Both the position numbers and the translations under genes were made by a program. A stretch of 64,000 nucleotides of DNA from an uncultured SAR86 cluster bacterium (GTDB lineage Bacteria; Pseudomonadota; Gammaproteobacteria; Magnimaribacterales; AG-339-G14). Shown here one piece after another: positions 11,107-20,143 of this stretch. The notes beneath the pieces were generated by a model, which searched no databases, had not been told where the DNA came from, and saw only the letters and a program-made list of their open reading frames with translations. The stretch is from NCBI GenBank assembly GCA_902566305.1, contig CACFIK010000006.1, forward strand, positions 1,731 to 65,730, given 5' to 3'. How positions within the stretch are numbered: the stretch's first letter is position 1; the number at the start of each line of letters is the position of its first letter.

Positions 11107-12096
11107 CTACAAAAACGCCGCTTTTGCGGCGTTTTTTGTTTTAAGAAGGCTTGAAAATTTAAGACAGGCATTGTTTTGTTGAACAGAGACATAAGAAAAA
11201 TAATTAGCTACGTCACCTGAGTATTGGATATCTTCTGTTTCCATATAGCAGCCAACAAAAGCTCCCAAAAAAGTGTCTCCAGCTCCATTTAATGATGTTA
11301 CTTCTGCGGGTATGGCCTCGGATACATATTCAATACCTTTATGAAGAATCAGTGAACCTGAACTGCCCTTGGTAGTAATATATAACTTATTATTTTTTTT
11401 AGATGCAGAAATCAGACTGCTATTCATGGCTTGTTCTAGATATTTCATCTCATCTTCATTCCCAGCAATAATTTTTATTTGGTCGGAATATTTTTTAATA
11501 AAATCCATGTGTTTTTTCATGACGCTTATATCTGAAAGGCTCAAAATCAAACCTTTACTTGATGATAAAAGATGACTGATTGTTTTTTTATTGATAATTG
11601 AATTAAGAGAATAAAGGTCTGAAAAAATAAAATCAAAATGCTCCGTCTCAGTAAAATTAGCCAGAGTAAGTTGACTGCTTGCTCCAGGACAAGCTGCCAT
11701 TGTTCTTTCTTTATCGGGAGTTAAAAATATTAAGCAGCAACCTGTATTTTGAGGATCAACATTTAAGAAGGTCTTTATCGGGTAAGTATTCATAATATCT
11801 ATCAAAAATTTTGAATTATTATCTTTGCCAACTGAGCCCAAAAAAAGGTTATTTATTTTGAAGATAGATGAAGTAGCTGCGGTAGTAAAAATTGACCCAC
11901 CAAGATATTGATCAGTGATTTGAGATTTGTATTTAGAAAGGTAAAAAGATAATTCATCTGAATTAATTTCAATAGCTCTCCCTTTTTGAATCGGTATCTC
12001 AGATAGTTGCTTGTTTGATATAGATATTTCAATATCTACTAAAACATTTCCAACATTCAAGATTGAAACATTTTTGTTGCTATAATCTTCGGACAT
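11107..12096 (-). CDS. PfkB family kinase, adenosine kinase-like
   Basis: GNVLVDI, LGGS, GSVGKD, TG.C.I.LTPD.ERTM, NEDE, GAGD.F. Confidence 0.85.
   Translation of the reverse strand: MSEDYSNKNVSILNVGNVLVDIEISISNKQLSEIPIQKGRAIEINSDELSFYLSKYKSQITDQYLGGSIFTTAATSSIFKINNLFLGSVGKDNNSKFLIDIMNTYPIKTFLNVDPQNTGCCLIFLTPDKERTMAACPGASSQLTLANFTETEHFDFIFSDLYSLNSIINKKTISHLLSSSKGLILSLSDISVMKKHMDFIKKYSDQIKIIAGNEDEMKYLEQAMNSSLISASKKNNKLYITTKGSSGSLILHKGIEYVSEAIPAEVTSLNGAGDTFLGAFVGCYMETEDIQYSGDVANYFSYVSVQQNNACLKFSSLLKTKNAAKAAFL
11111..11140. terminator. Bidirectional intrinsic terminator between the TonB receptor and PfkB kinase
   Basis: AAAAACGCCGC-TTTT-GCGGCGTTTTTT hairpin with A/T runs on both sides. Confidence 0.88.
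12078..12086 (+). promoter_or_regulatory. Extended -10 promoter for the 2OG-oxygenase/CNT operon, lying inside the 5' end of the pfkB ORF
   Basis: TGcTATAAT 11 nt upstream of ATG 12098. Confidence 0.6.
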
Positions 12097-12097
12097 T

Positions 12098-13009
12098 ATG
12101 ATTTCAAATAAAGAAAGTATTCCTCATCTAGATTTTGACTTATTCAATAAGGATAAAACATCTCTCGCAAAAGATACCATAAATGCATTTCATGATTATG
12201 GTTTTTGTGTATTTTTTAATCATACTATTGATAAAGATTTAATCGCACATTGTTTAGGTATGTATCAGGAGTTTTTTAATTACCCTGATAATGTAAAAGA
12301 GTCATTTATAGTTCCAGACATTGGAGGAGCTAGAGGTTTTACTAAATTCAAAACTGAAACGGCCAAAAATTATGATTCCCCAGATTTGAAGGAATTTTGG
12401 CATGTCGGGAGAGATAATTTAGATAACCCAAAAAATATATGGATCGACGACTTAAAAAACCATAAAAAACTTTCTTTAGATTTATACAATCAGTTTGATT
12501 CATTAGGTCGAGATATTATGGAACTCATAGGAATTGGCTTAGGTTTAGAAAGTAATTTTTTTAATGAGATCATTGAAAACGGTAATAGTATTATGAGGGT
12601 AATCAATTACCCTAAAATTGAAAATTTTAATACTAAATCTTTAAGAGCTTCACCTCATGAGGATATTAATTTCATAACTCTTCTAATAGGTGGGCATCAA
12701 CCTGGACTTGAAGTGCTTAATGGAGATAAGTGGCTAAAAGCAGATTTCTCAAGGGATGAAATAGTAGTTAACGTAGGAGATATGTTGCAAAGATATACCA
12801 ATAAATACCTTGTCTCAGCAACTCACAGAGTAACAAATGGAGAAGAGATGAATACTCAAAGAATATCTATCCCATTTTTTCTTCATCCAAGATCCGATTT
12901 TCTAATAAAACCTCTTGAATCTTTACTTGGCAGTCATAATCACTATCCAGACCCGATAACAGCTGATGATTACTTAAATCAAAGATTGGCTGAGATTAAA
13001 TTGAAATAA
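12098..13009 (+). CDS. Isopenicillin N synthase-family 2OG-Fe(II) dioxygenase
   Basis: DIOX_N-like start (YGF...NH.I), HED...HRV...RIS iron/2OG motif, VNVGDML. Confidence 0.92.
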   Translation: MISNKESIPHLDFDLFNKDKTSLAKDTINAFHDYGFCVFFNHTIDKDLIAHCLGMYQEFFNYPDNVKESFIVPDIGGARGFTKFKTETAKNYDSPDLKEFWHVGRDNLDNPKNIWIDDLKNHKKLSLDLYNQFDSLGRDIMELIGIGLGLESNFFNEIIENGNSIMRVINYPKIENFNTKSLRASPHEDINFITLLIGGHQPGLEVLNGDKWLKADFSRDEIVVNVGDMLQRYTNKYLVSATHRVTNGEEMNTQRISIPFFLHPRSDFLIKPLESLLGSHNHYPDPITADDYLNQRLAEIKLK

Positions 13010-13011
13010 AA

Positions 13012-14253
13012 ATGATTATTCAATCACTTATAGGAATTGTTGCATTAATTTTAATTGCTATTCCGTTTAGTGAATCTATACAAAAAATAAAGGTTAAATT
13101 CATAATTTACGCTTTATTAATTCAAACATCTTTAGCCTTTATCCTTCTGGAAATCCCTTTCATATCTTCTTTTTTTGATGTGATGAGTATGGCTGTAGAG
13201 TCGTTAAGATTATCAGCAATAGAGGGGAGTTCTTTTGTTTTTGGTTATCTGGGAGGAGGGGATGCACCATTTGAAGTTTCGAATAATCAGAATTTACCAA
13301 TCTTCGCATTTACTTTCTTGCCAATGTTAATCTTCTTATCAGCTCTTTCTGCTTTGTTGTGGCATTGGAAAATATTACCTTTTCTGATAAAGCTTTTAGC
13401 AAAATTATTTGAGAAACCTTTAGATGCAAAAGGACCTATTGGCCTAGCTGCTACAGCTAATATATTTCTAGGACAATTAGAGGCTCCTCTATTGATTAAG
13501 CCTTATTTGAATAAAATGAATCAGAGGGATTTGCTTATTATCATGACTGTCGGAATGTCGACAATTGCAGGAAGCGTTATGGTTTTATACATTACTTGGT
13601 TAGATGATAAATTTACTGGTGTCATTGGTCATTTTTTAACTGCATCTATTTTATCCGTTCCCGCAGCAATTATGTTTTCGAATATATTGATACCTTCTGC
13701 ACAAACTGAATTAAAAACAGCCAAAGAAGATTTGAAAATGTATGAGAGTTCAATGGATGCTATTAGCGTTGGCACAAAAGATGGATTAAATATGTTCCTA
13801 TCTGTGATTGCCTCTCTTATAGTTTTTTTAAGCTTAGTAGCTTTGGCAGATTTTATTTTAGGTATCTTTCCAAACGTATATGGCGAGCCTATATCTCTTC
13901 AAAGGATAGCAGCTTTTATTTTTGCTCCTATTGCATGGTTAATGGGAATACCTTTTGCTGAAATTATTCCTGCTGGAAACCTTCTTGGTACAAAAACAAT
14001 TTTTAACGAACTAATTGCTTTCAATGATTTGAGAGATTTAGATACAAATGTATTAAGCGAAAGAAGTCAGTTAATTATGCTTTACGGAATCTGTGGTTTT
14101 GCAAATATATCTAGTGTAGGAATTCTTCTTGGAGGTCTTTCAGCAATTTGTCCAGATATTAGAGGCACGTTATTAAAAATTGCTTTCAGAGCACTTTTTG
14201 CTGCTACACTTGCCTCCTGCCTAACCGGAACAGTAGTCAGTCTTTTTATATAA
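13012..14253 (+). CDS. Concentrative nucleoside transporter (NupC/CNT family)
   Basis: FVFG.LG, ANIFLGQ.EAPL, MSTIAGSV, GTKT.FNE.IAF, CGFANISS.GI. Confidence 0.93.
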   Translation: MIIQSLIGIVALILIAIPFSESIQKIKVKFIIYALLIQTSLAFILLEIPFISSFFDVMSMAVESLRLSAIEGSSFVFGYLGGGDAPFEVSNNQNLPIFAFTFLPMLIFLSALSALLWHWKILPFLIKLLAKLFEKPLDAKGPIGLAATANIFLGQLEAPLLIKPYLNKMNQRDLLIIMTVGMSTIAGSVMVLYITWLDDKFTGVIGHFLTASILSVPAAIMFSNILIPSAQTELKTAKEDLKMYESSMDAISVGTKDGLNMFLSVIASLIVFLSLVALADFILGIFPNVYGEPISLQRIAAFIFAPIAWLMGIPFAEIIPAGNLLGTKTIFNELIAFNDLRDLDTNVLSERSQLIMLYGICGFANISSVGILLGGLSAICPDIRGTLLKIAFRALFAATLASCLTGTVVSLFI

Positions 14254-14256
14254 ATT

Positions 14257-15279
14257 ATGGAAATCTTATTTGAGTATTTAATCTTCTTATTAAAAGCACT
14301 TACAGTAGCCGTAGCTATCGTTATACCGATTTTAATTGTTATTAGTTCCATAAAATCTAATTCCGGTTCTTCTTCTGGAGGGTTACGTGTTAAAAATCTT
14401 TCAACTAAGTATGCTAATACTGCTGATGACTTAAAACTTTCAGTTTTATCTGCTAAAGAGAGAAAAGTTTTAGAAAAAAACATAAAAAAAGAAAATAAGA
14501 ACAAAAAAAAGGAAAAGGTTTCTAGAAAACATATTTTTGTTTTAAATTTCAATGGTGACATTGAGGCATCTCAAGTCGAAGAGTTAAGAGAAGAAATATC
14601 ATCAATCCTTAATGCAGATACCAAATGCCAGGAAGTGGTATTGAAATTAGAAAGTGGAGGAGGGACAGTTATAGGATATGGACTTGCAGCTGCTCAGTTA
14701 TCTCGTCTTAAAGATTCAAAAATTAAATTGACTGTTTGTATTGATAAGGTTGCTGCTTCAGGCGGTTACATGATGGCATGTATAGCAGATAAAATAATTG
14801 CTTCACCATTCGCACTTATTGGTTCTATTGGAGTTATAGGGGCTGTTCCAAATTTTAATAAATTGCTTAAGAAAAATAACATTGAATATGAAATGCATAC
14901 CGCCGGTGAGTACAAAAGAACAATAACTATGTTTGGAGAAAATACTGACGAAGGTAGAGAAAAATTTAAAGATGACTTGGCAAATATTCATGAGCTATTT
15001 AAAAATCATGTCGCTAAATATCGTCCAACCTTGGATGTTAATAAAGTTGCTACCGGAGAAGTTTGGCAAGGTATTGAGGCTATTGATGTTGGTTTAGTTG
15101 ATAAAATTCAGACTAGTGATTCTTACTTAATCGAGCAAAATAAGAAATTTGATATTTTTGAAGTTTCTTTTAAACCTAAAAAAAATATGCAGGATAGATT
15201 TTCTAGATTCTTAAGTTTTTCCATTACTAGGACCATTAATAAAATTTTTGAAAATTTTTCAAAACAAAAATTTATGTAA
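14257..15279 (+). CDS. sohB: S49 peptidase SohB
   Basis: F.GDI.AS.V..LREEI, ESGGG.V.GYGLAA, VAASGGYMMAC, TAGEYKRT. Confidence 0.93.
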   Translation: MEILFEYLIFLLKALTVAVAIVIPILIVISSIKSNSGSSSGGLRVKNLSTKYANTADDLKLSVLSAKERKVLEKNIKKENKNKKKEKVSRKHIFVLNFNGDIEASQVEELREEISSILNADTKCQEVVLKLESGGGTVIGYGLAAAQLSRLKDSKIKLTVCIDKVAASGGYMMACIADKIIASPFALIGSIGVIGAVPNFNKLLKKNNIEYEMHTAGEYKRTITMFGENTDEGREKFKDDLANIHELFKNHVAKYRPTLDVNKVATGEVWQGIEAIDVGLVDKIQTSDSYLIEQNKKFDIFEVSFKPKKNMQDRFSRFLSFSITRTINKIFENFSKQKFM

Positions 15280-16735
15280 TTAGAGAAAACTGTTTTTCTA
15301 ATTCACTTAAAGCTTCCTTTAATTCCGAGTTGGTTTTCGATCTAGAAAATAGGTATTTATCTGGCCTTATTAATAAGTAGTTAGCATCCTTGAAATAATT
15401 TTTAAGTTTAGGATGATTGACTATTAGAACTTTAATGTTCAATTTTTTTAAAATTAAATCTATTTCTTTTGTTAGTTTTTTTTTGGAAATCAATCCAAAA
15501 TCCCATCCAAAATATCCATCGCTATCTTTTTTAGAACCATCTAAATTAAATCTACAAAATGGAGTTGCGATGAGTCCATCAGATGGATCACCATAATATC
15601 CATTTGTTAAATGAGGGAAAACTTCACCATAGCCGGTATTAGAGGGAATATATTTTTCTCCTTTTTCTCTATAAGAATATTGCTCCATCATTTCACCAAT
15701 TATTTTAGCTTGTTGAATAGTCCAATTTGCATGAGGTTCTCTTTCTAGTTGATAAGTTTCAAGAAGGTTCTCACCAGCCTTGCCTTTTATTACTAAAAAA
15801 ATTTTCCAGGCTAAATTAAATGCATCTCTTATACCTGTTCCCATTCCAGCACCAAGAAATGGAGGCATTTGATGTGCAGCATCACCTACAATAAATATAT
15901 TTTTATCTCTCCATTTATCTGCAATACAGGCATGAAATTTATAAACCACGGCTCTTTCTATTTTGCTGTTATTTCTATTTATCCAAGGAGATAAAAGTTC
16001 CCATACTTTCTTTCTTGTGAAATCTTTTTCAGATTCTCCCTTTAGAAGCTTAAATTCAAATCTTTCATGATTTCTTCTGCCAGGAACATACGTCTTTAAT
16101 CTGTTTGGATCACATATTTGCTGCACTTCATTCTTAGAAATACTTAATTTTTTTGTTGTATGAGCATCGATAACAATCCAATCTTGATCAAAACCAAAAT
16201 CAATCAACTTTGCTTTAATGTGTTTTCTAACAAAACTATTTGCACCATCACAACCAATAAGATATTTACAATAAATTGATGAATATTCTCTACAATTTCT
16301 AATATTTAATTTTATGGGATTTGTGTTCTCAACATTTATTAATTCAGTATTTTCTAAAATTTGTAACTTTTTGTATTTTCTATTGTTTGTTCTAATTATG
16401 GTCTCGAGTTCTGGTTGGTAAAAAAGAAGAGTAGGAGGCCAACCTAAAATATCTTCTTTGGGAACATTAATCGTTGAATAAGGATTGAACTCTGAATCTG
16501 TAAAATGAACTCTGTGGACTTTTCTCGAATTAGAAATAATTTTAGATGCAATATTAAGAAAATTAAATGTTCTTAGTTGCTCAGAATCAGTGTTAATTGC
16601 TCTAGCTGTTGGACTAACTCCTTTATTTTTTTCTATGACTACCACATTGAGCCCAAGTGAGGATAGTAAGGCAGATAAAGTTGCACCTACTGGACCGTAA
16701 CCAATAATTCCAATATCAAAAATTTTGTCGGACAT
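15272..16735 (-). CDS. FAD-dependent aromatic hydroxylase (MhpA-like)
   Basis: GYGPVG, FYQPELE, GCDGANS.VR, GDAAHQMPPFLGAG.GTGIRDA.NL.WK, C-terminal LIRPD. Confidence 0.9.
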   Translation of the reverse strand: MSDKIFDIGIIGYGPVGATLSALLSSLGLNVVVIEKNKGVSPTARAINTDSEQLRTFNFLNIASKIISNSRKVHRVHFTDSEFNPYSTINVPKEDILGWPPTLLFYQPELETIIRTNNRKYKKLQILENTELINVENTNPIKLNIRNCREYSSIYCKYLIGCDGANSFVRKHIKAKLIDFGFDQDWIVIDAHTTKKLSISKNEVQQICDPNRLKTYVPGRRNHERFEFKLLKGESEKDFTRKKVWELLSPWINRNNSKIERAVVYKFHACIADKWRDKNIFIVGDAAHQMPPFLGAGMGTGIRDAFNLAWKIFLVIKGKAGENLLETYQLEREPHANWTIQQAKIIGEMMEQYSYREKGEKYIPSNTGYGEVFPHLTNGYYGDPSDGLIATPFCRFNLDGSKKDSDGYFGWDFGLISKKKLTKEIDLILKKLNIKVLIVNHPKLKNYFKDANYLLIRPDKYLFSRSKTNSELKEALSELEKQFSLIT

Positions 16736-16758
16736 TTAAAATATTTTAGAATAAAAAG

Positions 16759-17730
16759 ATGATTAAAGTTATAGATGTTGCATACCCTATTTTGCAAGTA
16801 CCAAGTTTAAATAAGCAGGAAGCATTTCTTAAAGATTTTGGATTAGTTACTACAAAAAAGACTAATACTGAACTTTACATGCAAGGATTGGGTCCACATA
16901 AATTTATACACAAGACAAAAAAAGGAAAAAAGAAATTTATTGGTTCTGCTTTTTATGCAAAATCAATAAACGACTTAAATAAATTATCTAAGTCAGAAGA
17001 TTTCAGCGAAGTAAAAAAATTAAAATCTCCGGGAGGAGGTTTTGTGGTTGAAGCCCTCGATCCAGATGGCTTAAAAGTTGAAGTGATATTTGGCATGAAA
17101 ACGAAAAAGTTTAATAAGAAAGATCTCATTGCAGAACCATTTAATTCTGGCGGTATTGGCAAAGAAACTAGCCCAAGAAAAAACCAACCAAGAAGAGTTG
17201 GTAAGCCTCGAAGTTCTAAAATAAAAAAACTGGGACATCTAGCAATCAACGTTAGTGATCCATCCGTTTCTTTTGATTGGTATAACAAACATTTAGGTCT
17301 TATTCCTTCCGATAAAGTGGAACTTGGTAAAGGCTCTGGTATTTATGTAGCTTTATTTTGTAGATGTGATCTTGGAAAAAAATTAACTGATCATCATTCA
17401 TTTTTACTGCAGAGTAATCTTTCATCAGATCTCAAAAGTGGATTAAATCACTGCGCCTATGAAGTTGTTGAAGTGGATGACATTTTTCTAGGTCATGAAG
17501 CTCTAAAAGATAAAAGTTATAAACATGAATGGGGTATAGGAAGACACTATGCAGGAAGTCAAATTTTCGATTATTGGCGTTCTCCTTATGGACATGTTCA
17601 TGAACATCAAACTGATGGTGATTTGTTTGACAATCAAATAAAACCAGGAGTAATAGACATTTCAGAAGCTGCAGGAATGCAATGGGGACCAGATATTACT
17701 AAAACATTTGGTAATTCAGAGGGCGTTTAG
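16759..17730 (+). CDS. VOC-family two-domain extradiol-type dioxygenase
   Basis: LGH, DHH, NHCAYEV, WGIGRHYAGSQIFDYW.SP.G..HEH.TDGD. Confidence 0.85.
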   Translation: MIKVIDVAYPILQVPSLNKQEAFLKDFGLVTTKKTNTELYMQGLGPHKFIHKTKKGKKKFIGSAFYAKSINDLNKLSKSEDFSEVKKLKSPGGGFVVEALDPDGLKVEVIFGMKTKKFNKKDLIAEPFNSGGIGKETSPRKNQPRRVGKPRSSKIKKLGHLAINVSDPSVSFDWYNKHLGLIPSDKVELGKGSGIYVALFCRCDLGKKLTDHHSFLLQSNLSSDLKSGLNHCAYEVVEVDDIFLGHEALKDKSYKHEWGIGRHYAGSQIFDYWRSPYGHVHEHQTDGDLFDNQIKPGVIDISEAAGMQWGPDITKTFGNSEGV

Positions 17731-17743
17731 TTGGTTTTTAGGA

Positions 17744-18124
17744 ATGAAATATTTAATTCTTCTTTTATTCACACCCTTTCTTTTTTCAATGGATATGAAA
17801 TTAAATTGTGAGAATGTTCAAAGTATCCATTACGAGAAAGGAAAAAAAACCATTGACCAGACTAGGATGGTATTAATTTATGAAATAGATTTTAAAAAAA
17901 ATGAAATTCTAAAATACCCTCAAAAATTTAAACTGACACCTTTGAAATACAAAATAACAGGAAAGAGTAAAACATTTATTAAAGCTAATAAAAAAATTGC
18001 CAATTTAAATAATTCTTATGGCAATTGGAATTTGATGCTGAATATTGAAAAGGGAGAGTTAAAGGAAACATTTGACTCAGGTAAGCACAAAAGCCAAATT
18101 ACTTACAGATGTCTGACTTATTAA
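17744..18124 (+). CDS. Hypothetical secreted protein
   Basis: ATG at 17744 gives signal peptide MKYLILLLFTPFLFS; two Cys near the termini. Confidence 0.6.
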   Translation: MKYLILLLFTPFLFSMDMKLNCENVQSIHYEKGKKTIDQTRMVLIYEIDFKKNEILKYPQKFKLTPLKYKITGKSKTFIKANKKIANLNNSYGNWNLMLNIEKGELKETFDSGKHKSQITYRCLTY

Positions 18125-18126
18125 AT

Positions 18127-18747
18127 CTAGTTGGTTCTGGCTGTTCCCCAATAATTAAAACCAGCAATCCTAGGCGTGCCTGGAAGGAACATTGTCTCTA
18201 AATCTACAATTTCTAATTTTGAGTTAGAAATTATTTCAGGTATGTCCCTATTGATATTGCATCCGCCCATTAACCTTTTCCAAATAGGATTTATCCTGTT
18301 TTGCCAATTTTTTGTTTTTAGGTCAGGAGCAATCCCGTGTTCACAGAAAAATAGAGTTCCATCATCCTTCATCACTCTTCTTATTTCCTTCATCGAATCG
18401 TCTAAGTTTTCAATAGAACACAAGGTATAAGTAACAAGTATTGAATCAAAGGATTTTGATTCTAGTGGAATTTCTTCAGCTCCACAGTTTATTACATCAA
18501 TATCAAGGTCTAATTCAGAAATTCTTTTTTTTGCGATATCAGTTAATTCTTCTGCTGGATCTAAAGCAGTTATGTTGCTTATATTAGATACGTTGTAATG
18601 CGGAAGATTCAATCCAGAGCCAATTCCAATTTCAAGAACATTGCCACTTACTTTAGGAACAATTTTTTTTCTCTGATAATTAATAGGGGATGATCCGCAA
18701 AGCAAATCAAGAACCTTAGGCAATATTTTTTTTTCGTAAAAACTCAT
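18127..18747 (-). CDS. Class I SAM-dependent methyltransferase
   Basis: VLEIGIGSGLN, FD.I.VTYTLCSI, FCEHG, GGCNINR. Confidence 0.9.
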   Translation of the reverse strand: MSFYEKKILPKVLDLLCGSSPINYQRKKIVPKVSGNVLEIGIGSGLNLPHYNVSNISNITALDPAEELTDIAKKRISELDLDIDVINCGAEEIPLESKSFDSILVTYTLCSIENLDDSMKEIRRVMKDDGTLFFCEHGIAPDLKTKNWQNRINPIWKRLMGGCNINRDIPEIISNSKLEIVDLETMFLPGTPRIAGFNYWGTARTN

Positions 18748-18782
18748 TAATTCAATTATATTGTATTTTTAACCTTTTAGAC

Positions 18783-19361
18783 TTGGCTAAATTATATTTT
18801 AATTATTCATCAATGAATGCTGGTAAATCTACGGCATTGCTCCAGGCTAGTCATAATTATCAAGAAAGAGGGATGCATACTCTTCTTATCACATCAAAAA
18901 AAGACAATAGATCAGGCAAGGGCAATATTACCTCAAGAATAGGACTTACAAAAAAAGCAAAAATCTTTGATGAGGGTACAAATATATTAGATTTATTTCA
19001 TAGAGAAAATTATAAAAAGAATATTTCATGTGTCTTAGTTGATGAAGCCCAATTTTTAAAAAAAAAGCAAATCAAACAACTATCTGAAATTGCTGATAAT
19101 TTAAATATTCCTGTACTGACATTTGGTATTAGAACTGATTTTAGAGGTGAGCTGTTTGAAGGCAGTAAATTTCTTTTAGCGTGGGCAGATAATATTAAAG
19201 AAATTAAGACAATATGCTGGTGCGGAAGAAAAGCTACTATGATTGTTAGAGTTTCAAAGGATGGAAAAATTATTACAAAAGGCGATCAAATAATGATCGG
19301 TGGGAATGAATCTTATGTTTCTTTATGTCGGAAACATTTTTTTCTTAAACAGCTTAAATAA
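18783..19361 (+). CDS. tdk: Thymidine kinase
   Basis: YSSMNAGKST, SRIG, VDEAQFL, GIRTDF, CWCG...SLCRKH; TTG start. Confidence 0.96.
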   Translation: MAKLYFNYSSMNAGKSTALLQASHNYQERGMHTLLITSKKDNRSGKGNITSRIGLTKKAKIFDEGTNILDLFHRENYKKNISCVLVDEAQFLKKKQIKQLSEIADNLNIPVLTFGIRTDFRGELFEGSKFLLAWADNIKEIKTICWCGRKATMIVRVSKDGKIITKGDQIMIGGNESYVSLCRKHFFLKQLK

Positions 19362-19363
19362 TT

Positions 19364-20140
19364 ATGACTTCAAAAATAAGAATTTTTTCCTATCTACCTA
19401 ATCCAAGGGTTTGGAAATCTTTAATTACTGCAAAATTTACAAACGTAGATGTTGAAGTAATAGGAGATAAACCAAAAAATCTTGCTAATTGGTTATGGGA
19501 TTACGATGCTAAAGCTCTATCTGATAATGAAAAATCAGTTAGTCCACACGCTCGAAAAGGAAAAAGAGGATTTTCAGGAAATCTTTACAAGACGGACGAA
19601 TTTTTAGAAGCTCATCCATTTGGAACCGTTCCCGCGGCTTTTGTAGGTGATGATAAAGTCGGAGTTTTTGAATCTAACAGTATTATGAGGTCGGTAGCAA
19701 GATTAGGTAACTCAGACTCTCTCTACGGTAAAAACGATCCATCCTTAAGTTCAAGAATCGATAGTTTTTTAGATGCAAATTTAGTTTTTTCTAGAGAGCA
19801 CCAAGTCTATATCCTCTCTATTGAATCTTTAAGTGAATATACTTACGACAGAATGAAGTCAGCTTATGAATTTTATTTAGATGGAATTGAATCAGCTCTC
19901 TCTAAATCAGAATATATCTCAGGGGATTGTTTAACTTTGGCTGATATTTCTTATGTTTGTGATTTTTCTCAATTTTTAAGGGAAGGAAAATATCAAGAAA
20001 TTTTAAAAAAACAGGGATTCAATATAATTTCTCAAGATATCAAAGATACTCATCCTAAATCCATTAATCATTTACTCAATCTATCAGAGCAAGAGGAGTT
20101 CTCTTCCGTAATGGGATCTTATTTAGATTGGTATAAATGA
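19364..20140 (+). CDS. Glutathione S-transferase family protein
   Basis: HPFGTVPA, FESNSI, GD.LTLADI. Confidence 0.85.
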   Translation: MTSKIRIFSYLPNPRVWKSLITAKFTNVDVEVIGDKPKNLANWLWDYDAKALSDNEKSVSPHARKGKRGFSGNLYKTDEFLEAHPFGTVPAAFVGDDKVGVFESNSIMRSVARLGNSDSLYGKNDPSLSSRIDSFLDANLVFSREHQVYILSIESLSEYTYDRMKSAYEFYLDGIESALSKSEYISGDCLTLADISYVCDFSQFLREGKYQEILKKQGFNIISQDIKDTHPKSINHLLNLSEQEEFSSVMGSYLDWYK

Positions 20141-20143
20141 TAA

